Below are positions 1 to 6,120 of a stretch of 11,525 nucleotides of DNA, in pieces. The stretch's first letter is position 1, and every line of letters starts with the position of its first letter. A model generated the notes under the pieces. It was not told where the DNA came from and did not search any database. It saw only the letters and a list, made by a program, of their open reading frames with translations. Source of the stretch: an uncultured Muribaculaceae bacterium (lineage in GTDB: Bacteria; Bacillota_I; Bacilli_A; RF39; UBA660); the NCBI GenBank assembly GCA_964549115.1, contig CAZJTX010000014.1, positions 6,942-18,466 on the forward strand, in the 5' to 3' direction. Both the position numbers and the translations under genes were made by a program.

Positions 1-348
1 TATGATTATGTAAAAAGACCTAACACATCTATATTTGATGTTGCAAATAGTTTAAATAACGAATATAGTAAAGAAATATTAGATATTGTAGAAATTGAAA
101 TAAAATATTCAGGTTATATCAAAAAACAAGAAGATGAAATCAACAAACTTAAAAAATTAGAAGAAAAAGAAATACCAAAAGATATTAATTACTTTGATAT
201 TAAGAACATAGCGATAGAAGCAAGGCAAAAGCTAGATATGATTAAACCTAAAACTATTGCTCAAGCATCTAGAATTAGTGGTGTTAACCCAGCAGATATA
301 GCAGTATTATCAATATATTTAAAGAAGGAATATAATAAAGATGAATGA
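1..348 (+). CDS. mnmG: tRNA uridine 5-carboxymethylaminomethyl modification enzyme MnmG (GidA), C-terminal fragment; the 5' end lies outside the window
   Basis: Frame 1 is open from nt 1 to TGA at 346..348. The translation ends ...IEIKYSGYIKKQEDEINKLKKLEEKEIPKDINYFDIKNIAIEARQKLDMIKPKTIAQASRISGVNPADIAVLSIYLKKEYNKDE, the conserved MnmG C-terminal signature (IKYxGYI ... AsRIsGvnPADI). It lies directly upstream of rsmG as in most bacteria and overlaps the rsmG ATG by 8 nt. Confidence 0.9.
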   Translation, partial: YDYVKRPNTSIFDVANSLNNEYSKEILDIVEIEIKYSGYIKKQEDEINKLKKLEEKEIPKDINYFDIKNIAIEARQKLDMIKPKTIAQASRISGVNPADIAVLSIYLKKEYNKDE

Positions 349-988
349 ATTAGAATTTATTAAAGAATTAAAACTTTTAAATATAGAAGCATCGGAAGAA
401 CAGTTAAAAGTTTTATCAAAATATTATAATTTTCTAGTTAAATATAATGAACACACAAATATAACTAGTATTTTAAATAAAGAAGATGTTTATTTAAAAC
501 ATTTTTATGATAGTTTAACAATAACAAAAATAGTGAATCTAAAGGAAGTTAATAACGTGCTAGATATTGGTTCGGGTGGAGGTTTTCCGGGTTTAGTTTT
601 AAAAATCTTTTATCCAAATATAAATCTTTATGTACTCGATTCAAATAATAAAAAAATTAAATTTTTAGAAGAATTATCTAATCATTTAAATATAAAAATA
701 AATTTGATACATGACAGAGCAGAAGAGTATAGTAAAAAGACTAATATTAAATTTGATTTAATAACAGCAAGGGCGGTATCTAAGCTTTCTAATTTATTAG
801 ATATAACAAATAATTATATAAATAAAAATAATATGTTTATAGCTATGAAAGGGCGAGTATCAAGGGAAATTAAAGATTCTAAAAAATGTTTTTTTAAAAA
901 CAAATTAGTTATTGATAAAAAAATAGAATTTAATTTACCTAACGATCAAGGGTATAGAACATTACTAAAAATAACTAGAAAAGATTGA
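341..988 (+). CDS. rsmG: 16S rRNA (guanine527-N7)-methyltransferase RsmG (GidB)
   Basis: 215-aa ORF with the SAM-binding loop DIGSGGGFPG and the N-terminal pattern ...YYNFLVKYNEHTNITSI...HFYDSL typical of RsmG. The mnmG-rsmG pairing is conserved. Confidence 0.9.
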   Translation: MNELEFIKELKLLNIEASEEQLKVLSKYYNFLVKYNEHTNITSILNKEDVYLKHFYDSLTITKIVNLKEVNNVLDIGSGGGFPGLVLKIFYPNINLYVLDSNNKKIKFLEELSNHLNIKINLIHDRAEEYSKKTNIKFDLITARAVSKLSNLLDITNNYINKNNMFIAMKGRVSREIKDSKKCFFKNKLVIDKKIEFNLPNDQGYRTLLKITRKD

Positions 989-1049
989 TAAAAAGTTGTA
1001 TTTAAGATATTATTAATACAATAAGGGGTATAGATAGATAGGTACTAGT

Positions 1050-2006
1050 ATGGAACAAAAAATTATGCAAATTCCTATTGAAGAAATATTGCCTAATCGT
1101 TTTCAACCACGATTATCTTTTGATGATGCATCATTAAGTGAATTAGCTGAATCTATTAAAACTCATGGTGTTATACAACCTTTAGTTGTAAGAAGATTAA
1201 AAGACAAATATGAGATAGTTGCAGGTGAAAGAAGATATAGAGCTTCTAAGAAAGCTGGATTAACATCAATTCCAGCCATTTTAACGACGATTTCAGATAC
1301 AAAGAGTGCAGAGCTAGCTTTAGTAGAAAACGTTCAAAGAAAGGACTTATCTGCTATAGAAGAAGCGAGGTCTTATCAAACATTGTTAGGACAAGGAGAT
1401 GTTAATCAAGCGGAACTAGCTAAAAGACTAGGTGTGTCTCAAAGTGCTATTTCTAATAAGTTAAGACTATTAACGTTGGCTCCCCAGGTACAAGACGCAG
1501 TTATAAATAATGAAATATCTGAAAGGCATGCTAGAAGCTTATTAAAAGTAAGTGATCATACTAATCAAAAAGTATTATTAAAAAAGATAATTACTGAAAG
1601 ATTAACGGTTAAAAAATTAGAAGATGAAATAAGAAACAACTATAAAGAACCAGAAGAGATAACAAGTAAAATAATGACAATAGAAGAACTTGAATCAACA
1701 ACAAGTGATATAAAAATAATAAAAGAAGAACCTAAGGAGGAGATAGAAATGTTTAATGCCCCACAAGAGGTTAAACCCCCAAATAAGTTTTTTAACTTTT
1801 TAGAAAGTGAAGAAATAAATTTAAATGTTGAGGAACCTGTAGATTTGATCGAAGAAATAGAAATGTTAGACTTTGAAGTACCTCCTAAAGAAAATAAGGT
1901 AGTAAAAGAAATAGAAGAGTTTTTAAAGAAATACCCAAATATAGTGGTAAATAAAGAAACAAGAGATAAGGAAACAATAATAAAAATAGTAATTAAAGAA
2001 GAGTAA
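1050..2006 (+). CDS. noc: ParB/Noc-family CTP-dependent DNA-binding protein, Noc-like subtype, with an acidic low-complexity insertion before the C-terminal domain
   Basis: It carries the ParB N-terminal box VAGERRYRA and the HTH LAKRLGVSQSAISNKLRLL. PNRFQPR and ISERHARSL match what I remember of B. subtilis Noc (PNRFQPR, ITERHARAL) rather than Spo0J (PNPYQPR, MGHGR). The C-terminus NIVVNKETRDKETIIKIVIKEE resembles the Noc C-terminal strand region. The position right after rsmG is the classical noc position. The SD is weak: AAGGGG lies 21 nt upstream of the ATG. Confidence 0.7.
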   Translation: MEQKIMQIPIEEILPNRFQPRLSFDDASLSELAESIKTHGVIQPLVVRRLKDKYEIVAGERRYRASKKAGLTSIPAILTTISDTKSAELALVENVQRKDLSAIEEARSYQTLLGQGDVNQAELAKRLGVSQSAISNKLRLLTLAPQVQDAVINNEISERHARSLLKVSDHTNQKVLLKKIITERLTVKKLEDEIRNNYKEPEEITSKIMTIEELESTTSDIKIIKEEPKEEIEMFNAPQEVKPPNKFFNFLESEEINLNVEEPVDLIEEIEMLDFEVPPKENKVVKEIEEFLKKYPNIVVNKETRDKETIIKIVIKEE

Positions 2007-2018
2007 TCTTCTTTTTTT
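1995..2018 (+). terminator. Possible weak intrinsic terminator overlapping the noc stop codon
   Basis: AAAGAAGA (1995..2002) pairs with TCTTCTTT (2007..2014) across the loop GTAA and is followed by TTTT. The 8-bp stem is AT-rich, so this is weak. Confidence 0.35.
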
Positions 2019-2036
2019 ATTTATAATTTATTTAAG

Positions 2037-2064
2037 TTGATTTAGATTTTTTCTATGATATAAT
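2037..2064 (+). promoter_or_regulatory. Sigma-A type promoter with extended -10
   Basis: -35 TTGATT (2037..2042), 16-nt spacer, then TGaTATAAT (TG 2056..2057, TATAAT 2059..2064). It lies 24 nt upstream of the ATG of the 111-aa ORF, whose SD is AGAGAGG at 2076..2082. Confidence 0.6.
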
Positions 2065-2087
2065 GTTTTAGAAAAAGAGAGGTTATT

Positions 2088-2423
2088 ATGGATATTAAAA
2101 TTAATTGGTATGTATATAATAACAATAAATTACTTGTAGCTAGGAAAAATCAGCCGGCAATTTATGACGGAAAGAATTATTTAATTTATGAAAAAGATGA
2201 TGAATATCATAAAATAGATTTTAGTAACAAAGTATTTATTAGAAAAACTAAGGAATATGATATGGAAGTGGATTTTACCAACAATATATGTACATTTAAC
2301 TTTGACAAAGAAGGAATGTCTAAGGTTGAAGTAGTAACTAACTTTAAATTTAAAAACGAAAAATTAAAAATGGACTATAAAATAGATGTGGATGTTGCTA
2401 AGATTGTGGTAGAAATAATATAA
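2088..2423 (+). CDS. Hypothetical small beta-rich protein (111 aa), probably co-transcribed with rpoE; possibly DUF1934/YwiB-like
   Basis: Good SD and promoter. The stop lies 11 nt before the rpoE ATG. The alternating hydrophobic/polar pattern (YLIYEKDDEYHKIDF, VFIRKTKEYDMEVDF, KVEVVTNFKFKNEKLKMDYKIDV) suggests a beta-barrel-type fold. The DUF1934 assignment rests only on remembered resemblance and was not verified. Confidence 0.6.
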   Translation: MDIKINWYVYNNNKLLVARKNQPAIYDGKNYLIYEKDDEYHKIDFSNKVFIRKTKEYDMEVDFTNNICTFNFDKEGMSKVEVVTNFKFKNEKLKMDYKIDVDVAKIVVEII

Positions 2424-2434
2424 GAGGTGAGTTT

Positions 2435-2845
2435 ATGAAAGATTTACAAGAACAAATAAATGAAATGAGCTATGATGATATAGCTTTCATGGTATTAAGA
2501 CATTATGGAACAAAAATGAAAACCCAAACTTTATATAAAAGAGTATGTAGAGTTTTAGATATGGAATTTGACGAAGATCATATAGGCGACTTTTATGAAT
2601 TGTTAGCTGTTAATAAAAAGTTCTTATTTGTGAAAGGTTATTGGGACTTACAAACAAAACACAAAATAACAAATCAAACTTATGAAGAGGAAGATGATTT
2701 TTTAGACGATATAGATTTTGAAGATGACGAGGAAGAAAATGATGAATCAGAAGAAATTTATATAGATGAAGATGATGACGATATAGAAGAAGAGGATATA
2801 TCTGGTTTTATAGTAACCGGAAATGATTTAGAAGAAGAAGTTTAG
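2435..2845 (+). CDS. rpoE: DNA-directed RNA polymerase delta subunit (RpoE)
   Basis: The N-terminal HARE-HTH-like domain (MSYDDIAFMVLRHYGTKMKTQTLYKRV...IGDFYELLAVNKKFLFVKGYWDL) is followed by a roughly 55-aa polyacidic tail (EEEDDFLDDIDFEDDEEENDESEE...DDDDIEEEDI). This is the diagnostic two-part architecture of Firmicute RpoE. Confidence 0.8.
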   Translation: MKDLQEQINEMSYDDIAFMVLRHYGTKMKTQTLYKRVCRVLDMEFDEDHIGDFYELLAVNKKFLFVKGYWDLQTKHKITNQTYEEEDDFLDDIDFEDDEEENDESEEIYIDEDDDDIEEEDISGFIVTGNDLEEEV

Positions 2846-2853
2846 CTTCCTTG

Positions 2854-2862
2854 TGATATAAT
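2854..2862 (+). promoter_or_regulatory. Extended -10 promoter element upstream of prfA
   Basis: TGaTATAAT (TG 2854..2855, TATAAT 2857..2862) lies 17 nt upstream of the prfA ATG. No convincing -35 is present (GAAGAA sits at the expected position). The SD is AAGGAGG at 2868..2874. Confidence 0.45.
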
Positions 2863-2878
2863 TTTATAAGGAGGCATA

Positions 2879-3940
2879 ATGATTGCTAGACTAGAAGAAA
2901 TAGAAAACAAATATAACGAATTAAAACAAGAGTTATTGAAACCCGAAGTTTTAGAAGATTACAATAAAATTAAAGTTTTATCTAAAGAAATAAGTGAATA
3001 TGAAGAAACTGTTAATCTTTTTATACGATATAAAAAGGTTCTTTCTGATTTGAAAAATTCAGAAGATATGTTAAGTGATGTAGATTTAAAAGAAATGGTT
3101 GAAGAAGAAATAAAAAATCTAACTGAGGAAAAAGAAACATTAGAAAATCAATTAGAAGTCTTATTAATACCAAAAGATAAAAATGACGGTAAAAACGTTG
3201 TTATGGAAATAAGAGGCGCCGCTGGAGGAGACGAAGCTAACCTTTTTGCAGGAGACTTGATGAGAATGTATTCTTACTATGCGGAAGAACATGGTTGGAA
3301 AGTAGAAGTATATAACGAACAACCTGGAACAAGTGGTGGATTCTCACAAATAGAATGTATTATAAAAGGCGAAGGAGTATATTCTAAATTAAAATATGAA
3401 AGCGGCTCTCATAGAGTTCAAAGAATACCCGTAACTGAAACCCAAGGCAGAGTTCATACATCAACTGCTACAGTTTTAGTAATGCCAGAAGTTGATGAAG
3501 TTGATATTGAAATAAATGAAAAAGATATTAAAGTAGATGTGTATCATTCATCAGGTGCGGGTGGTCAATCTGTTAATACGACAAACTCAGCTGTAAGAAT
3601 GACTCATTTACCAACAGGAATTGTTGTTACTTGCCAATCAGAAAGAAGCCAAATAAAAAACAGAGACCAAGCTTTGAAAATGTTAAGAGTAAGGGTATAC
3701 GACGAAATAACAAGAAAACAAGAAGAAGAGATCGACAGTACAAGAAAACATAAAATAGGTACAGGAGATAGATCCGAAAAGATAAGAACGTATAATTATC
3801 CACAAAATAGAGTGACGGACCATCGTATTAATTTTTCTATTATGGAATTAGACAAAGTTATGGAAGGAAAGCTAGAACCTATAATAGAAGCTTTAATAAA
3901 TGAAGATATGAAATTAAAATTAGATGGGGAAACTTTATAA
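2879..3940 (+). CDS. prfA: Peptide chain release factor 1
   Basis: 353 aa. It has the GGQ motif (SGAGGQSVNTT), the RF1-specific PxT tripeptide as PVT (RIPVTETQGR), and the conserved DRSEKIRTYNYPQNRVTDHR. Confidence 0.97.
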   Translation: MIARLEEIENKYNELKQELLKPEVLEDYNKIKVLSKEISEYEETVNLFIRYKKVLSDLKNSEDMLSDVDLKEMVEEEIKNLTEEKETLENQLEVLLIPKDKNDGKNVVMEIRGAAGGDEANLFAGDLMRMYSYYAEEHGWKVEVYNEQPGTSGGFSQIECIIKGEGVYSKLKYESGSHRVQRIPVTETQGRVHTSTATVLVMPEVDEVDIEINEKDIKVDVYHSSGAGGQSVNTTNSAVRMTHLPTGIVVTCQSERSQIKNRDQALKMLRVRVYDEITRKQEEEIDSTRKHKIGTGDRSEKIRTYNYPQNRVTDHRINFSIMELDKVMEGKLEPIIEALINEDMKLKLDGETL

Positions 3941-4669
3941 ATGAGTGAAAAAGATTTACTTGAAAAATATATAGAACCAAAAAAGCAAAAAAAAGCATTT
4001 AAACAATTAAATAAAGGTATACCGGTTCAATACATTATTGGAGAAGTAGATTTTTTTTATTGTAACATTAAAGTGAGAAAAGGTGTTTTAATACCGAGAT
4101 TTGAAACAGAAGAACTTGTCGATAAATTAATTAAATTAATTAATGAAAAGTTTGGAAACAAATCTATAAAAATAGCGGACTTAGGAACTGGTTCTGGAGC
4201 AATAGCAATAGCCTTAAAAAAACATGTTCCTAGTGCAACAGTAATAGGATATGATACCTCGTTAAAAGCTCTAAAATTAGCAAGAGAAAACGCTAAATAT
4301 AATAATGTAGATGTAACTTTTAAATATAAAAACATTAAAACGAAAATTAATGAAAAGTTTGATGTAATAGTAAGTAATCCTCCATATGTATCGAAAGAAG
4401 AAATAATTGACGATATAGTAAAAAAAGAACCTATAAAAGCAATATTTGCTAAAGATGACGGGTTAGAATATTATAAGAAAATTTTGAAATATGCACATGA
4501 ATCAACAAAAGAAAAATATATAATTGCGTTTGAAGTAGGATATAAACAAGGAGACTTAATAAAACAAGAAGCATTAAAATGTTTTGAAGAGAAACAAGTG
4601 GAAATTTTGCCTGATTTATCGGGTAAAGATAGGTTTGTTTTTATAATATCTCAAAATAGTAATGAATAA
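3941..4669 (+). CDS. prmC: Release factor glutamine N5-methyltransferase PrmC (HemK), short form with a reduced N-terminal domain
   Basis: NPPY catalytic motif (VSNPPYV), SAM loop DLGTGSGAIAIAL, and the conserved block VQYIIGEVDFFYCNIKVRKGVLIPRFETEELV. It starts on the codon immediately after the prfA TAA. Confidence 0.9.
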   Translation: MSEKDLLEKYIEPKKQKKAFKQLNKGIPVQYIIGEVDFFYCNIKVRKGVLIPRFETEELVDKLIKLINEKFGNKSIKIADLGTGSGAIAIALKKHVPSATVIGYDTSLKALKLARENAKYNNVDVTFKYKNIKTKINEKFDVIVSNPPYVSKEEIIDDIVKKEPIKAIFAKDDGLEYYKKILKYAHESTKEKYIIAFEVGYKQGDLIKQEALKCFEEKQVEILPDLSGKDRFVFIISQNSNE

Positions 4670-4680
4670 TTTATTAGTTA

Positions 4681-4689
4681 TGTTATAAT
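4681..4689 (+). promoter_or_regulatory. Extended -10 promoter element upstream of the 462-aa ORF
   Basis: TGtTATAAT (TATAAT 4684..4689) lies in the 54-nt prmC/ORF spacer, with a second TATAAT at 4702..4707. There is no good -35. A strong SD, GGGAGG at 4712..4717, lies 6 nt before the ATG at 4724. Confidence 0.4.
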
Positions 4690-4723
4690 TAAATTAGAGA
4701 ATATAATCACAGGGAGGTTCGAG

Positions 4724-6112
4724 ATGATTACGTTACTAAAAACATTAGGTGAAAAAGTTTCAAAAAGGGAAATGACTTGGAAAGATGCAACAGAATATTA
4801 CATAATGCAAACAGGCGAGGAAATCTCCAGAGCTGCTCTAAAAAACAGATATTATAAGTTAAATAAAAAACTTAAAGAAGATCCAACTTATATGAGTGAT
4901 GTTATAGCTAAAGAATCTGAAGTTGTTGCTCAGATGACATTTCATAAAGACATAGAAGAATATTATTCGGATGGTTCTCTTTATGCTAAAAAGTTAGTTA
5001 ATCTACCTCCTGAACAAAAAGAAAGCCCAGCAGAAGTCTTAAGGGCTATGAATTATCCGCCCGAAAATTGGGAACTTGAAAAAATAAGATTTACATCGTG
5101 GCAACAACATACAAAATCACAATTAACTAAAAACCTTTTCTCTGTAGAAGTGAGGTTGTTTCCACGTGTAAAAACCATGTCCAAAGAAGAAGCAATGGAA
5201 GTAATACTGGATTATTTTCAAGGAGAGATTAAACCTTTGAAATTACCTGAAGTTACACAGAAATATCAAAATGAAGATTTGATGGTTGAATGTCCAGGTA
5301 TAGAATTGCATTTAGGAAAATTAGCTCATTATATGGATACAGGGGAAAATTATGATCATAAGATAGCTGAAGAAAGATTTGGAAAAATTATGCGTGAAAT
5401 TGTTTCATACCAAGAGGTTTCAAATGCGGCTAATTTAACAATGTTTATAGGAAACGACTTCTTTAATAGTGATACTCCCGATAATACAACAACTGCTGGT
5501 ACACAAATGCAAAATGACCTTAGATATAAGAAGATGTTTTTATTAGGCCTTAAAATGTATACTGAGGCGTTGTATTTATTAAGAGAAAAGTTTTCAAACA
5601 TAAAAATAAAATTACAATCTGGAAATCATGATGAAGCAACAAGTTTTTATTTATATGTTGCGCTGGCACAAGCTTTTCAAAATGATAATATAATAAAGTT
5701 CTCAGATGAATATAAAGCCGTCCAAGTTACAGAATTTGGAAATAGCGCGTTATTTACTGCACACGGTAATTTTAAGGGTAAAAATTATAAAAAACTAATT
5801 CAATCAATCGCATTTGAATTTGCTGAAGTGTGGGGAAGAACCCAACATAGAGAATTACATTTAGGTCATTTACACACCGAATTAGTTGTTGATGAAAACA
5901 GTGGGTTAATAGTTAGAAGAATAGGAAGTCCAAGCGGAACTGATTCATGGCATTATGAAAACAGATATGTAGGAAGCCGAAAAGCTCATCAACTATTTTT
6001 ATGGCATAAAGAAGTGGGTATGATCAATTCTCACTACATAGTATTTCCTCCAGAACTTGAATCGACTAAAGAACGCGCTGAGATGGAAATACCTAAACAA
6101 CGTACTAGATAA
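4724..6112 (+). CDS. Uncharacterised 462-aa protein: helical/basic N-terminal region of about 185 aa plus a calcineurin-like (Mre11/SbcD-type) metallophosphoesterase domain with non-canonical motifs I and II
   Basis: All five metallophosphoesterase motifs occur in order:
- Motif I: IELHLG (E194-x-H196, nt 5303..5311).
- Motif II: GNDFFNSD (aa 243..250, nt 5450..5473).
- Motif III: GNHD (aa 300..303, nt 5621..5632).
- Motif IV: AHG (H347, nt 5762..5764).
- Motif V: GHLH (aa 381..384, nt 5864..5875).
The N-terminus MITLLKTLGEKVSKREMTWKDATEYYIMQTGEEISRAALKNRYYKLNKK looks like a small HTH/Myb-like module. The SD is strong, and the stop lies 8 nt before the murA ATG. Confidence 0.85.
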   Translation: MITLLKTLGEKVSKREMTWKDATEYYIMQTGEEISRAALKNRYYKLNKKLKEDPTYMSDVIAKESEVVAQMTFHKDIEEYYSDGSLYAKKLVNLPPEQKESPAEVLRAMNYPPENWELEKIRFTSWQQHTKSQLTKNLFSVEVRLFPRVKTMSKEEAMEVILDYFQGEIKPLKLPEVTQKYQNEDLMVECPGIELHLGKLAHYMDTGENYDHKIAEERFGKIMREIVSYQEVSNAANLTMFIGNDFFNSDTPDNTTTAGTQMQNDLRYKKMFLLGLKMYTEALYLLREKFSNIKIKLQSGNHDEATSFYLYVALAQAFQNDNIIKFSDEYKAVQVTEFGNSALFTAHGNFKGKNYKKLIQSIAFEFAEVWGRTQHRELHLGHLHTELVVDENSGLIVRRIGSPSGTDSWHYENRYVGSRKAHQLFLWHKEVGMINSHYIVFPPELESTKERAEMEIPKQRTR

Positions 6113-6120
6113 GGAGCTTT

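Noticed and set aside
346-348. The possibility that TGA is read as Trp (Mollicute code 4), given the very low GC.
   Set aside because: TGA terminates mnmG (346..348), rsmG (986..988, followed by TAA), murA (7366..7368) and the dUTPase (9576..9578), each at the expected conserved C-terminus. No conserved Trp position in the recognisable proteins is encoded by TGA. Code 11 fits.
996-1022. An inverted repeat, TTGTATT ... AATACAA, and a possible promoter (TTGTAT, 15 nt, TACAAT) between rsmG and noc.
   Set aside because: A 7-bp all-AT-rich stem with a 12-nt loop and no U-run is not a credible terminator. The 15-nt spacer is too short for a confident sigma-A promoter call. It may still be functional, but I cannot support that from sequence alone.
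2690-2842. A GAA/GAT-rich repetitive DNA stretch that looks like a microsatellite or tandem repeat.
   Set aside because: It is in frame and encodes the polyacidic tail that defines RpoE. It has no exact repeat unit, so it is low-complexity coding sequence rather than a repeat element.
3796-3804. A perfect DnaA-box 9-mer, TTATCCACA.
   Set aside because: It is a single isolated copy inside prfA, produced by the conserved codons for YNYPQNR. There is no cluster of boxes, no AT-rich unwinding element and no dnaA nearby. One chance hit in about 23 kb of two-strand AT-rich sequence is not surprising.
4057-4335. A minus-strand 92-aa ORF lies inside prmC. Similar minus-strand ORFs lie at 5356..5601, 6105..6368, 6495..6830, 7562..7744, 7840..8067, 8420..8779, 9683..9886, 9849..10046, 10534..10773 and 10879..11118.
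   Set aside because: Each lies entirely, or almost entirely, antisense to a well-supported conserved + strand gene. None has an SD or promoter. Their translations are low-complexity Ser/Leu/Phe/Ile-rich strings, as expected from reading Lys/Glu/Asn-rich AT-biased codons backwards. They are shadow ORFs.
5158-5173. A parS-like palindrome around CACGTG (GTTTCCACGTGTAAAA).
   Set aside because: It has 4 mismatches to the 16-bp parS consensus TGTTNCACGTGAAACA, including both outer arms. It lies inside the 462-aa coding sequence. I found no better parS or Noc-binding (ATTTCCCGGGAAAT) site in the window. The TTCCGGG strings near 587..596 and 7014..7022 are just Phe-Pro-Gly codons and are not palindromic.
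4670-6120. The idea that the 462-aa gene is a recently inserted mobile element or prophage remnant with att sites.
   Set aside because: There are no direct or inverted repeats at the borders. Only 8 nt separate it from murA, whose SD overlaps its stop. There is no recombinase, and composition and codon style look like the neighbours by eye. An ancient phage origin of the protein itself remains possible and is discussed in the findings.
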